Source: Bacteroidota bacterium
GTDB lineage: Bacteria > Bacteroidota > Bacteroidia > UBA8524
Reading direction: 5' to 3'
DNA length: 64,000 nt
Assembly (NCBI GenBank): GCA_006226545.1
Contig: SBGR01000034.1
Location: 2,864-66,863, forward strand
Made by a program: the position numbers and the translations under genes. Below the pieces are notes generated by a model that worked only from the letters and a program-made list of their open reading frames with translations, searched no databases and was not told the origin of the DNA. Positions 1-9,965 of this stretch are shown here, one piece after another; positions within the stretch are counted from its first letter, which is position 1; each line of letters begins with the position of its first letter.

Positions 1-290
1 TGCCGTCAATGCTGGTGTGTAACGATTTTTTTATTTCGACGACTGTCATATTTCAAATATACCACTATACAAGACCATATTCAATACCTCAGTGTATTGA
101 AGAAATGTTCCGGTTTGATAAATTAAAACTAAATCTATCAAGATTAAATATGGTTAAAAGGGCTTCTGCATACTGCGTCCATTGAAAAATTCGTCCTTTC
201 CGAGGGTAATGTCCGGAAGACCTGACGTATTTTTAGTAATCTTAATTTGATACTATCCTAAAAAGTTCGACGTGTCTCGTTAGGGCTACC

Positions 291-328
291 AAAAAAAAGA
301 AAGCAGCCTCCGTGCTGCTTTTCTTTTT
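291..328 (-). terminator. Intrinsic terminator (bidirectional-looking) after the 411..956 gene
   Basis: 8-bp stem AAAGCAGC (300-307) / GCTGCTTT (314-321) with a 6-nt loop. Flanked by A8 (291-298) and a T-rich run (322-328). Lies about 90 nt past the stop of the minus-strand CDS. Confidence 0.55.
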
Positions 329-410
329 AGTGCGGAGTTCGAGTTCTGAGAGCGAACTTCTATTAAGGTTTAAACCACGTTCTTCTTCTGTTAAAAGCAA
401 ACATTGACCT

Positions 411-956
411 TTATTCAATTTCATCCAACTCAACATTAAACTCACCCTTATCAGTCACATAAATACTAAACCAATAAGACCAATCCGTATCCGGAACTGC
501 AATAGCATGTATCACTCGCCAAGCCTGTTTTTCCCTATCATAGCCTGAATACCATGTGTTATGCGTAATTGCTTGCTGAATAAATTCCGGATCGCCAATC
601 TGAGAAAAATCGCTTTTAACCCAGGACTGCTCCCCAAGCAATGAATCATTTTTAAATAATCGTATAGTCGATTTATAGTCTCTGAAGCGATTCAAAACAA
701 GAGTATGGCTGTCAGTTTTTTCTTCCTTCTCAGAAAACGCCTCTATGGCCACACGGTCGATTTGCATTCGATACCCTCTTTCTAAATCGACTCGGGTATC
801 AACTTTAAAACTATCCTTTTGAAGCGGGTGATAAACGATTTGTGAATCGCTAAAAGCTTTCTCCCGAGTTTCTTCCTTCATGTCAGGCTGACTAGCATTG
901 CAGGCTAGGAGCTCTAGCAAAAGCAGGGTGCTGAAAATTACATTCCGATATATCAT
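411..956 (-). CDS. Hypothetical lipoprotein
   Basis: 181-aa ORF with a signal peptide and lipobox-like LLAC. Last gene of a tightly packed minus-strand cluster. No recognisable catalytic motif. Confidence 0.5.
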   Translation of the reverse strand: MIYRNVIFSTLLLLELLACNASQPDMKEETREKAFSDSQIVYHPLQKDSFKVDTRVDLERGYRMQIDRVAIEAFSEKEEKTDSHTLVLNRFRDYKSTIRLFKNDSLLGEQSWVKSDFSQIGDPEFIQQAITHNTWYSGYDREKQAWRVIHAIAVPDTDWSYWFSIYVTDKGEFNVELDEIE

Positions 957-970
957 TTGATTGCGTCTTC

Positions 971-1318
971 TTAGCTCTTTTGTTCTGTCGATGGCTCAAA
1001 CATAGCGTCCAATTCCTTCCTATTCGGCAACCAAAGCCACATGCCTATAATGCCTAAAACAATCAGCTTCCAGGTATTGTCCTTTTTCTGTGATTTGGTC
1101 AAGGGTAGCATTTTCCAGTTTAGCCAAAGACAGTATACCAAGACCGGGTAATAGGTGAAACCAACAACCCAAAGATCCACGTTGTATTTTACTATCACGG
1201 GGTATTCACCATTGAAAACAAGGGCTATCGGAATTAAAATCGAATTCACCCACATACCGATTCGGATGCGCTTGATGTGAAGTATAATCCGAGAGGAATC
1301 TTCAAGTATTTTCTCCAT
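971..1318 (-). CDS. Small integral membrane protein, unknown function
   Basis: 115-aa ORF with 2-3 hydrophobic helices (WVNSILIPIALVF, VVGFTYYPVLVYCLWL, LIVLGIIGMWLWL). Packed between neighbouring genes with 7-14 nt gaps. Confidence 0.4.
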   Translation of the reverse strand: MEKILEDSSRIILHIKRIRIGMWVNSILIPIALVFNGEYPVIVKYNVDLWVVGFTYYPVLVYCLWLNWKMLPLTKSQKKDNTWKLIVLGIIGMWLWLPNRKELDAMFEPSTEQKS

Positions 1319-1325
1319 GTTCAGC

Positions 1326-1808
1326 TCACCTTATTTCCATTATCACCATTTCAATCCTTGTATTACTGTGCTTCGCTAAATACTGCTCTTCTTTGGGTAA
1401 GCGAGCGATAGAGTCCTGACTCACCAAGGGCCGGGTATCGCCAAAACCTCTTGTCATTATTCTAGTGGAGTCAATCCCACGTTTGACGCAGATATCACGC
1501 ACATTTCGAGCATACCTATCGCTGGTTTCTTGGCAATGAGCGGAGTCGCCCCAAGCATAATGCGCTTGAATGCGCACCCTATCGGGATCCCACTTTTGGA
1601 GAAATCCCACCAGCGAATCAAAATGCAGTTCATTTCCCCATACCGAATCGCAAATCTTTACAGAGCAAGGGCCTTCTAAATCAGCTTTTACCTTGAGCAC
1701 CTTGTAATCACCAATTAGTATCAGATTATCGCTCCATTCCAATTCTCGCCCACCCACCATGGCATTGAAACTCAGCAGAGTTACCAATCCATACAGAAAA
1801 ATCTTCAT
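1326..1808 (-). CDS. OmpA-like (peptidoglycan-associating) domain protein
   Basis: 160 aa with a signal peptide. The C-terminal half fits the OmpA_C pattern (SDRYARNVRDICVKRGIDSTRIMTRGFGDTRPL ... NTRIEMVI). Overlaps the upstream gene by 4 nt. Confidence 0.55.
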   Translation of the reverse strand: MKIFLYGLVTLLSFNAMVGGRELEWSDNLILIGDYKVLKVKADLEGPCSVKICDSVWGNELHFDSLVGFLQKWDPDRVRIQAHYAWGDSAHCQETSDRYARNVRDICVKRGIDSTRIMTRGFGDTRPLVSQDSIARLPKEEQYLAKHSNTRIEMVIMEIR

Positions 1809-2551
1809 GTCTTTAAAGCATTAGGGATTCGTCGCAATTGCAATCCACTCAAGCGGTCAATCACCGATTGAAAACGATTACCAATCAGCGCGGTAAATGG
1901 CACAATTCCATAAGCCAATATTAAAACCGGCCAAAACCAATAGGTATCTTCAATATTCTGCTGTTTAAACCCTTCTTCCAGCCCATCGTAGTAGTTCACA
2001 AGTCCGACGGCCTGCGCATAGAAATAGGCTGGCGCAAAGACCACAAACTCGTGCAAAAGGAGATTAGATAACGGAGCGCCATCGCCATTACCATCGAGGT
2101 AGGATAGCCCCATCAAACGCATCCCCGGCGTCTTTCCATTTTTAAAAAACACGGCAAAATAGAGCAACCAATAAACTAATGAAACCAAAGGCATGAAGAT
2201 ATAATCCGTCAGCTCTATGGAGTTAGTGAAACGGTAAAAAACAAACATGGATACGATAACCAATCCGCTCAAAAAGGCCATATCAATACACCTCGCAAGA
2301 ATGCGGCGGCCAAAAAGGGCATACTTTGTTTGCTTTAGAAACCTCAGCGAGAGATAGGGAAAAACAAGGTAGACTAAACTAGCCCAAAGGCCTAAATAGA
2401 TCAGAAATCGCGCGAAGTCTATTTCTCCATCCCTGAACACTGAACTATGGTCAATGCTGCCTTGCCATTTCAGGTCGCGTATTGGAGTAAAAAATAGAGC
2501 GATAACTAAGACACCCAAGCCGAATAATAACTTCTGCTGTTTCTTTTTCAT
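1805..2551 (-). CDS. RDD family membrane protein
   Basis: 248-aa polytopic protein with RDD-domain-like segments GRRILARCIDMAF and KTPGMRLMGL. First gene of the minus-strand cluster, divergent from cheR. Confidence 0.6.
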   Translation of the reverse strand: MKKKQQKLLFGLGVLVIALFFTPIRDLKWQGSIDHSSVFRDGEIDFARFLIYLGLWASLVYLVFPYLSLRFLKQTKYALFGRRILARCIDMAFLSGLVIVSMFVFYRFTNSIELTDYIFMPLVSLVYWLLYFAVFFKNGKTPGMRLMGLSYLDGNGDGAPLSNLLLHEFVVFAPAYFYAQAVGLVNYYDGLEEGFKQQNIEDTYWFWPVLILAYGIVPFTALIGNRFQSVIDRLSGLQLRRIPNALKT

Positions 2552-2680
2552 GATTCAGGTTCAATCCGGTACTGAAATCCCAAGATTCTGCACTAAGATA
2601 TAAAAACCGATAAAAAGCTCCCCTTTCTGGCTCTTGCACCGCAAGGCTGCGGTTCTTATCTTGGCTGAGGCTAAATCCCC

Positions 2681-3514
2681 ATGATCGCATACCGCAAACA
2701 AGAAGATCTGAGTCACCAAGAACTGGTGGAAATCACCGAGTTAGTGCATAAACTCTACCGATACGATTTCCGCGAGTACGCCAAGGCATCGCTAAAACGC
2801 CGACTCCTTCGCATCATGGATCGCTACGACATGGACTTGAACCAGTTTCTGACCAGTCTTAAGTCGAAGCCCGCATTTATCCAACAATTCATCACCGAAT
2901 TGACGGTTAACGTTACGGAGATATTCCGTGATCCTTACGTTTTTAGCGCGCTCGAAAAAGATGTTTTACCTAAACTGGCAACCCAAGAAAAAATCAGGGT
3001 TTGGCATGCGGGCTGCTCCTCTGGCGAAGAAGTGATTAGCACGGCCATCTTATTTGAAGAAGCCGGACTCTTACGCAAAAGCAGTTTCATTGGCACCGAT
3101 CTCAACCCTAACGTTGTTTTTCAAGCGAAAACCGGGCTGTATAAAAAGGCCATGATTGAGAAATACGCCGCAAACTACCTGGAGGTACCGGGAAAAAAAC
3201 AGTTGAATGACTACTTTCAAGATGAACGCGATAACCTGCGCATCTTGCCGGCCATCCACGAGCGCTGCAGCTTTGCAGTACATAATTTAGTTAGCGATAC
3301 CTCTCCCGGCCAATTCGATTTAATCTTATGCCGCAACGTTTACATCTACTTTGAATTGAGTTTGCAAGAGAAGGTCTTGAAACTTTTATACGACAGTTTA
3401 AACCCGGGTGGATACCTGTGTTTGGGTTCCAAAGAATCCATTCGTTTTACCGGCCTTGTTAATAGGTTTGAAGAGGTGAACGCCGAAGCCCGTATCTTTA
3501 AAAAAATTGATTGA
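2681..3514 (+). CDS. cheR: CheR-type protein-glutamate O-methyltransferase
   Basis: 277 aa with the CheR SAM-binding signature VWHAGCSSGEEVIS and LILCRNVYIYF, plus a helical N-terminal CheR_N-like region. Confidence 0.85.
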   Translation: MIAYRKQEDLSHQELVEITELVHKLYRYDFREYAKASLKRRLLRIMDRYDMDLNQFLTSLKSKPAFIQQFITELTVNVTEIFRDPYVFSALEKDVLPKLATQEKIRVWHAGCSSGEEVISTAILFEEAGLLRKSSFIGTDLNPNVVFQAKTGLYKKAMIEKYAANYLEVPGKKQLNDYFQDERDNLRILPAIHERCSFAVHNLVSDTSPGQFDLILCRNVYIYFELSLQEKVLKLLYDSLNPGGYLCLGSKESIRFTGLVNRFEEVNAEARIFKKID

Positions 3515-4109
3515 GTCCAATATCCATATCGAACCCTTTAAAGGAAAACTCATCGCGATTGGAGGATCAGCCGGCTCATTCAATCCTTTGCTCGCACTTT
3601 TGGAAGCCATTCCTTCTGCCAGCCAGCATAGCTGGGTGGTATTATTGCATCGGAATAGTCAAAAGAAAAGCAACTTGATTTCCTTGCTTCAGCACCACTG
3701 TAAGCTGAAGGTGAAAGAGGCCGAAGACAAAGAGCCGCTCGAGCCGGGAGTAGTATATGTGGCACCATCTGCCTATCACTTGTTGCTGGAATCAAACTTC
3801 AGCTGGCAACTCGACGCCGGTGAACCACTCTGGCATTGCAAACCGGCCATTGATGTTTTGTTTGATTCGGTTGCCGATGCAGCCGGAAAAGAGGCCTGCG
3901 GCATTCTGCTCTCCGGTGCCAACCAAGATGGCGCTCAAGGACTTCGTCGCATGAAACTCAAAGGAGGACTATGCCTTGTTCAGGACCCGAAAGACGCCAT
4001 GTATCCCAGCATGCCATCAGCGGCAACCAAACTTAAAGCACAGCACCAGTTGTTTAGCGAAGCCCAGTCTGGCCAGCTTATCAAACAACTTATGGGGCAG
4101 GATAAATAG
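3507..4109 (+). CDS. cheB: CheB-type methylesterase, catalytic domain only (no receiver)
   Basis: 200 aa. The catalytic-triad contexts are present: IGGSAGS (Ser), VVLLHRN (His), AIDVLFDSVA (Asp), and GANQDGAQGL. The only in-frame start is TTG at 3507, overlapping the cheR stop by 8 nt, so the exact start is uncertain. Confidence 0.8.
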   Translation: MIESNIHIEPFKGKLIAIGGSAGSFNPLLALLEAIPSASQHSWVVLLHRNSQKKSNLISLLQHHCKLKVKEAEDKEPLEPGVVYVAPSAYHLLLESNFSWQLDAGEPLWHCKPAIDVLFDSVADAAGKEACGILLSGANQDGAQGLRRMKLKGGLCLVQDPKDAMYPSMPSAATKLKAQHQLFSEAQSGQLIKQLMGQDK

Positions 4110-5409
4110 CTTTCAGCAAATCGCCACTCCACAACATGAGCTGCAAAGCCGAACGTCTGAGTTCATAATTGGCTTCAATGGCTCTGCTCTCGGCAGCCAA
4201 GGTACTTTCCTGCACTTGACGGAAATCAAAGGCGCTAATCACACCGTTGTTCAAGCGGGCTTGTGCCAGGCTTAAGTTCTCTTCAGCCAATAGGCTATTC
4301 TGTCGCTCCAACTCAGACAATCTGCGGTTTAAGAGGTAGGTATCGTAAGCTTGTGCCATGCTGATGCGTAACTCAAAAGAGGTCTGTTCTTCGTTCAACC
4401 TGCTTTGTTTGGTTTGCAGGGCTGCCAAGCTGATGTTCCGGCTCACGCGGAAGCCATCAAACAAGGTATAGCGAAAACTTAAACCGAAGGCCGGGCCAAG
4501 GGAAGTATTGCTTTTCAGAATGCCCACTTGGTTTGCAGATTGCACAAAATTGTATTCGGCAAAAAGTCCAAGTTGAGGATAACGATCTGCCTTTTGCAGT
4601 TTTTCATTCTTCAGGCTTATCAAGACCTGCGCCTTCTGTTGTCGGATATCGGTGTTTTGAGCAAGGGCGTTTTCAATAAGCTTATCCAAAGCAGGTACAG
4701 CAGTTTCATTGGTGGTATCTCCTACTTGAATCATCCCTCCCGACTTCAATCCGCATAACTTTTTAAGCTCCAGTTTGAGGTATAGGATACGGTTCTCCTC
4801 TTTGATGTAGTTTGAACTGTCGCTATTCAAGTTGGTAAGGCTTTGTAAAACATCTTGTTTATTGGCCTTGCCAATTCGCTGTCTACTTTCGGCTAAGCGG
4901 TAGTTTTCGTTTGACACGCTCAAGGTGCTTTTCAGGTTCTGCAACATTTGCTCACGTGCTTGCAACTCCGCATATAGACTCGCTAGTTGAAACAATTCCT
5001 CTTCCATCCTAGCTCGAGTGATCAAACTACTCAACTGATGACGAGTTTCGTTTATCGCACTTTGTGCCCAAACACGAAACCCATTGAAGAAAGTCCAATC
5101 TGCACGAACAGCGGCGTTCCATGCTTGGTTAGCGGCTAGGCTAGCCTCACGGATATCGCCGTTAAAAAACTCCTGTCGCGTATTGTTGAAGGCCTGTGAA
5201 TTACCTGCCTGCAAACTCACCGTTGGGTAGGCCCCTGCTGCGGCCATCCCTGTTTGCAATCGTGCTTCTTCCTCCTGCAAGCGGTTGATGCGCAGCTGGA
5301 AACTGTTTTCAATCAGGCTATCGGCCAACTGCTTTAGGCTATAGGCCGTCTGCGCTTGGGCAACTGAATAACTGATTAGTCCAATTATAGCGATGAATAT
5401 TCTGCGCAT
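4090..5409 (-). CDS. TolC-family outer membrane efflux protein
   Basis: 439 aa with signal peptide MRRIFIAIIGLISYSVAQA and two coiled-coil/beta repeats typical of OEP. Last gene of the RND operon. Confidence 0.85.
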   Translation of the reverse strand: MRRIFIAIIGLISYSVAQAQTAYSLKQLADSLIENSFQLRINRLQEEEARLQTGMAAAGAYPTVSLQAGNSQAFNNTRQEFFNGDIREASLAANQAWNAAVRADWTFFNGFRVWAQSAINETRHQLSSLITRARMEEELFQLASLYAELQAREQMLQNLKSTLSVSNENYRLAESRQRIGKANKQDVLQSLTNLNSDSSNYIKEENRILYLKLELKKLCGLKSGGMIQVGDTTNETAVPALDKLIENALAQNTDIRQQKAQVLISLKNEKLQKADRYPQLGLFAEYNFVQSANQVGILKSNTSLGPAFGLSFRYTLFDGFRVSRNISLAALQTKQSRLNEEQTSFELRISMAQAYDTYLLNRRLSELERQNSLLAEENLSLAQARLNNGVISAFDFRQVQESTLAAESRAIEANYELRRSALQLMLWSGDLLKAIYPAP

Positions 5410-5410
5410 C

Positions 5411-8400
5411 TTAACTTTTTTGTAAGGTTGAAATTCGGTTACGTTTTGGGGTGATATAGGTATACAGCGCCGGAATCACGTAGAGCGTCAATACCAAAGA
5501 GAACAGGAGTCCGCCGATGATAGCTACACCCATCGGAATACGGCTTGTTGCCCCTCCACCCAAGGCCAAGGCAATTGGCAATGCACCTAAGATGGTTGCC
5601 ATGCTGGTCATCAAAATCGGACGCAGACGTTGGGTAGACGCTTCGATAACGGCTTCTTTCGCATCCAAACCTTTCTCTCTTTTTTGCTTGGCGAATTCCA
5701 CGATGAGGATACCGTTTTTGGTTACAATACCCACCAGTACGATGATACCAATTTCGCTAAAGATGTTTAAGGTATGACCTAAGAGGTAAAGTGATAACAA
5801 GGCTCCCACCAAGGCCAACGGAACCGTAAACATGATGGTGAGTGGGTCAAAGAAACTTTCGAACTGTGCCGCAAGGACCAAGTAAATCAATACCAAAGCT
5901 AATAAGAAGGCAAAAATCAAGCTGTCAGAACTGTCTTTGTATTCTTTGGATATACCTGCCAAATCTGTGCTGAAGCTTTCATCCAATAAGTCTTTCGCTA
6001 TCTCGTCCATGGCCTTGATGCCATCGCCAACAGTTAGGCCTTTTACCGGCCTAGCTTGCACGGTGGCTGAAACGTATTTGTTGTAGCGGTACAATTGCGG
6101 TGAACTGCTTTCTGTGGTCACCGTCACCAAGTTCTCCAACTGCACCTGTTCGCCGTTGGCATTGCGCACATAGATGGTCTTTAAATCGACCGGCTCATCG
6201 CGGTTCACGCGAGAAGCCTGACCGATAACCTGGTACTGCTTATTGTCTTTGATGAAATAGCCAAAACGCTGTCCGGCAAAAAGCAATTGCAAGGTCTGCG
6301 CAATATTGTACACGCTTACGCCCAGTTCTTGGGCTTTTTCACGGTTGATTTCAATTTTCAGTTCCGGCTTATTGAATTTCAAGTCTACGTCAACCACTTC
6401 AAAGGCTCCGTGACTTTGTGCTTTCTCCAAAAATTGAGGTAGCATTTCTTTCAGCTTGGCGAAATTCGGTGCCTGCAAAACGTATTGTACCGGCAGGCCT
6501 GATAGTCGGCCACCACCGATGGTTTGGTCTTGCACCACATAGCTGCGGGCAAAATTGTATTTGCTCAAGGCTGCGCCTAGCTCGTCTACAATCTGCTGTT
6601 GCGACTTTGTTCTGTGTTCCGGTTCTACCAACATGATGCGCACAAAGGCACTGTTGATAGACAGCGAAGAACCAAAGCCCGGCGAGGTTACGCTGAGCAG
6701 GGATTTCTTTTCGCTTAAGGTATCTGTCAGCTCAATCAAGTCTTCAACGAAATGGTCCATTAGCTCATACGAAACCCCTTCCGGAGCGGTAGACACAATA
6801 CGCAATCGCGACTTATCCTCCAATGGTGCTAATTCTGATTTAAGCTGAGACCCGATCAAGAAAATCGCGCCAAACAAGACTACGATAATCACCCAGGCAG
6901 AACGTCTATACCGCATAAAGCCGCGTAGCGAAGCTTGGTAAGCATCGGTAAGGCGATCAAAAAAGCGTTCAGTTCGTTGGAAAAGTTTGGAGCTGGCTGT
7001 CGACTTCTTCAAGATGCGGCTTGACATCATCGGAGTGAGGGTGAGCGAAACAAAGGTGGAAATGACCACCGTTCCGGCTACCACAATACCAAACTCACGG
7101 AAGAGTCGGCCGGTGGTTCCCTCCAAGAAAATGATAGGTAAGAAAACCGCCCCTAGGGTGATGGTGGTGGAGATAACCGCAAAGAAGATTTCCCTACTTC
7201 CTTCGTGGGCCGCCGCCATAGGCTTCATGCCTTTTTCAATTTTGGAGTAGATATTCTCCATTACCACAATGGCGTCGTCTACCACCAATCCGGTGGCCAA
7301 TACAATACCGAGTAAGGTGAGGATATTGATGGAGAAGTCGAGGAGGTACATGACAAAGAAGCCTCCAATCAGTGAAATAGGAATAGCGATGACCGGAATC
7401 AAGGTAGTACGCCAGTTGCGCAAGAAGATGAAGATGGTGATTACCACCAGCAAGAAGGCCATCAGAATGGTGTATTGCACTTCCGTGATGGCGTCGCGGA
7501 TACTTTCTGTGGTATCTAGCGCTACCCCAACGCGTAAGTCGGCCGGAAGCTCTTTCTTAATCTGTTCCACCTTGGCGTAGGCCGCATTGGCAATTTCAAT
7601 GTAGTTGGTACCCGCCTGAGGTGTTATCGCCACACCAATCATCGGTATACCGCCGTCGCCACGCAATAAGGTACGCTCGTTCTCTGGCAAAAGTTTAGCA
7701 GAGCCGATGTCTTTGAAACGGATAATGGCCCCGTTCTCTTCTTTGAGGATGAGGTTATTGAAATCGGCTTCCGTTTCCAATCGACCGAAGGTGCGGATGG
7801 TCAACTCGGTATTGTAGCCTTCAATACGCCCAGTAGGCAACTCCACGTTTTGAGCGATCAAGGCATTGCGCACATCGAGCGGTGTTACGCTGTAGGCAGC
7901 AAGCTTATCCGGCTCAATTTGCAGCTTCATCGCATATTTTTTCTCCCCCCAGATGCGTATTTCTGAAACACCTGGAATGGTCTGCAATCGCTCTTTAAAG
8001 ATGTTATTTCCAATTTCCGTTAGCTCCAATAAGCTGCGGTTATCCGATTGTACTGTGATGGAAAGAATGGTTTCGGCGTTGGCATCCGACTTGGTTACCA
8101 CCGGCGGATCTGCATCTAACGGCAGGTTACGCACCGCTCTGGAAACACGGTCGCGCACATCGTTGGCGGCGTCTTCCAGGTTAAGCTCCAAGTCAAATTC
8201 GATGGTGATGGTGCTTCGGCCTTCGCTGCTGATTGACGACATCGATTTAATACCTGCAATACCACTGATGGACTCTTCTAAAGGCTCGGTGATTTGAGCC
8301 TCCATCACATCAGCATTCGCACCGGTATAATCTGTTCTAACCGTTACGATGGGCGGATCGACACTCGGAAACTCACGGATACCGAGGTAGCTGAAGCCAA

Positions 8401-8479
8401 TGAATCCAAAGAGTAATAGAAAGATATTAAAGACCGTTGCCAATACCGGCCGGTCTATGCTTACAGATGATACGTTCAT
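5411..8479 (-). CDS. RND (AcrB/HAE1 family) efflux permease
   Basis: 1022 aa with 12-TM architecture and two large periplasmic loops. AcrB-like N-terminus (SIDRPVLATVFNIFLLLFG, REFPSVDPP). 4-nt overlap with the adaptor gene. Confidence 0.95.
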   Translation of the reverse strand: MNVSSVSIDRPVLATVFNIFLLLFGFIGFSYLGIREFPSVDPPIVTVRTDYTGANADVMEAQITEPLEESISGIAGIKSMSSISSEGRSTITIEFDLELNLEDAANDVRDRVSRAVRNLPLDADPPVVTKSDANAETILSITVQSDNRSLLELTEIGNNIFKERLQTIPGVSEIRIWGEKKYAMKLQIEPDKLAAYSVTPLDVRNALIAQNVELPTGRIEGYNTELTIRTFGRLETEADFNNLILKEENGAIIRFKDIGSAKLLPENERTLLRGDGGIPMIGVAITPQAGTNYIEIANAAYAKVEQIKKELPADLRVGVALDTTESIRDAITEVQYTILMAFLLVVITIFIFLRNWRTTLIPVIAIPISLIGGFFVMYLLDFSINILTLLGIVLATGLVVDDAIVVMENIYSKIEKGMKPMAAAHEGSREIFFAVISTTITLGAVFLPIIFLEGTTGRLFREFGIVVAGTVVISTFVSLTLTPMMSSRILKKSTASSKLFQRTERFFDRLTDAYQASLRGFMRYRRSAWVIIVVLFGAIFLIGSQLKSELAPLEDKSRLRIVSTAPEGVSYELMDHFVEDLIELTDTLSEKKSLLSVTSPGFGSSLSINSAFVRIMLVEPEHRTKSQQQIVDELGAALSKYNFARSYVVQDQTIGGGRLSGLPVQYVLQAPNFAKLKEMLPQFLEKAQSHGAFEVVDVDLKFNKPELKIEINREKAQELGVSVYNIAQTLQLLFAGQRFGYFIKDNKQYQVIGQASRVNRDEPVDLKTIYVRNANGEQVQLENLVTVTTESSSPQLYRYNKYVSATVQARPVKGLTVGDGIKAMDEIAKDLLDESFSTDLAGISKEYKDSSDSLIFAFLLALVLIYLVLAAQFESFFDPLTIMFTVPLALVGALLSLYLLGHTLNIFSEIGIIVLVGIVTKNGILIVEFAKQKREKGLDAKEAVIEASTQRLRPILMTSMATILGALPIALALGGGATSRIPMGVAIIGGLLFSLVLTLYVIPALYTYITPKRNRISTLQKS

Positions 8480-9528
8480 TGTACTTTAACCCATTTAGCG
8501 ATGGAAACCTCTCTACCCGGTCTAGCCTGAAGTAAACCGGTACATAAAACGGTATCGCCTACTTGCAAGCCATCGGTTATTTGTACCGATTGACTGGTTC
8601 TTCTACCGATGTTTACCCTTTGCGGCGCGAGCTTACCTCCGCGTACCAACCAAACTTGTTGTCCATCCAATACAGGCACCAAGGATTCGGCCGGAACATA
8701 GATTGCTTCTCTGGCTTCCGCAATGGCAACGCTTAAGCTCACAAAACTACCCGGCACGAATCGGGAAGATGGATTATCTACGATGGCCCGTACTTTCAAG
8801 TTTCGGCTTTGCCGGTTTAAACTTTGCTCAGTAGCGTAAACCTTCGCCGTAAACGTATCGGGCGTTTCATCCAATCTAAACTTGATGACTTGTCCTTTTT
8901 CTATCGATGCCGCGAACAGTTCAGGCACCTCAAACTCCAATTTCAATGGGTTCACTTGTGTTAGTCCGCCAAGGTTCTCACCGAGTTGAACAAAGCTCCC
9001 CGGACTCACATAACGCAATCCGGCTTTACCGGAGAAGGGCGCAGTGATTCTGCATTTATCAATTTTGGCTTGAACAAGCTGCAACTCAGATTGCAATTCC
9101 AAAACCTTGTTTTCCGTGGCATCCAGCTCAGACTGACTGACTGCTTCGATCTTAATCAATTCGCTGTTGCGTTGGTGTTCTAATTCTGCCAGCTTCAACT
9201 GAATCTTGAGTTTATCGCGTTGCGCTTGGTATTCTCTATCATCGATTAAAAACAGGAGTTCACCTTGTTTTACATCGGCGCCCTCTTTAAACCCAATGGA
9301 TAAGATTCGGCCGGCTTGTTCAGCCCTAAGGGTCACTTCTTCAGCCGGCAATAAGCTACCCGTGCTGTTGATGGTTTGGCTTACCCAAATATTCTCCGCC
9401 CTATTGGCTTCCACGCTCAATCCCGGTGGCGTTGATTTGCCTTTTTCTTGTGTGGCTTCTCCGTCTTTGCAACTTGGCGCAAGGAGGATGGCGCTGATAA
9501 CTAGGGGAAATAAGATTCTCTTGCTCAT
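8476..9528 (-). CDS. RND efflux periplasmic adaptor (MFP/HlyD family) lipoprotein
   Basis: 350 aa with lipobox LLAPSC, a lipoyl-like hairpin, a coiled coil (QRDKLKIQLKLAELEHQ...) and a beta-barrel. 4-nt overlaps on both sides. Confidence 0.9.
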   Translation of the reverse strand: MSKRILFPLVISAILLAPSCKDGEATQEKGKSTPPGLSVEANRAENIWVSQTINSTGSLLPAEEVTLRAEQAGRILSIGFKEGADVKQGELLFLIDDREYQAQRDKLKIQLKLAELEHQRNSELIKIEAVSQSELDATENKVLELQSELQLVQAKIDKCRITAPFSGKAGLRYVSPGSFVQLGENLGGLTQVNPLKLEFEVPELFAASIEKGQVIKFRLDETPDTFTAKVYATEQSLNRQSRNLKVRAIVDNPSSRFVPGSFVSLSVAIAEAREAIYVPAESLVPVLDGQQVWLVRGGKLAPQRVNIGRRTSQSVQITDGLQVGDTVLCTGLLQARPGREVSIAKWVKVQ

Positions 9529-9965
9529 TCTTCAGATACTGCTATAAGCCGAAGCACCCGGATAAATGCATCCCGATCTTCTGCGTTGATGGATTTAAAA
9601 AACTGTTGATTGGTTCGCTCCAATGCCTTTCTGATTTCGGGCACCAGCGCTTTGCCTTCCTCGGTGAGTTGCAGGTAGGCTTTCCGGCGATCATCTGTAC
9701 AGGTCTTTTTTAGGATTAGACCTGCTTTAATCAAGTATTGCGTGAAACGGTTCACGGTTACCTTATCCGACTTCAAGCGCTGCGTGAGGTCGTGCTGTAC
9801 TATGCAGCCGTCATTAGCCGCTATTTCCAGGAGCATGCGGAAACCTCGGTCAATACCGAAGCCCTCCATCTCATCGCGCAGCACATTGTAGTAAGCCTTG
9901 CTGAGTTGGTGAAACTCAAATCCCGGAAAGTCGCCTGATTTAACCGTCATGACATTAGTTAACAT
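9525..9965 (-). CDS. MarR family transcriptional regulator
   Basis: 146 aa with a winged HTH (QHDLTQRLKSDKVTVNRFTQYLIKAGLI ... DDRRKAYLQLTEEG). First gene of the efflux operon. An alternative ATG lies at 9950. Confidence 0.85.
   Translation of the reverse strand: MLTNVMTVKSGDFPGFEFHQLSKAYYNVLRDEMEGFGIDRGFRMLLEIAANDGCIVQHDLTQRLKSDKVTVNRFTQYLIKAGLILKKTCTDDRRKAYLQLTEEGKALVPEIRKALERTNQQFFKSINAEDRDAFIRVLRLIAVSEE

Noticed and set aside
1-49. Possible minus-strand gene start (ATG at 49-47, MTVVEIKKSLHTSIDG...) running off the left edge. Alternatively, a plus-strand gene could end at the TAA at 19-21
   Set aside because: Only about 16 codons are visible, so the protein cannot be identified and neither reading can be preferred.
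330-350. tRNA-like T-loop string GGAGTTCGAGTTC
   Set aside because: The flanking bases cannot form a T-stem or acceptor stem, and no cloverleaf can be drawn on either strand.
242-445. 67-aa minus-strand ORF
   Set aside because: It overlaps the 3' end of the 411..956 gene and runs through the terminator hairpin at 300-321. The sequence is low-complexity, so it is not credible as a gene.
2451-2690. 79-aa minus-strand ORF spanning the RDD gene start and the cheR promoter
   Set aside because: It overlaps the 5' end of the RDD CDS in another frame and crosses the divergent intergenic region. Nothing supports it.
5517-8297. Several plus-strand ORFs (72-114 aa) antisense to the RND permease, and similar ones opposite the MFP gene (8986-9547)
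   Set aside because: These are shadow ORFs within long, well-supported genes, with no motifs and no independent signals.
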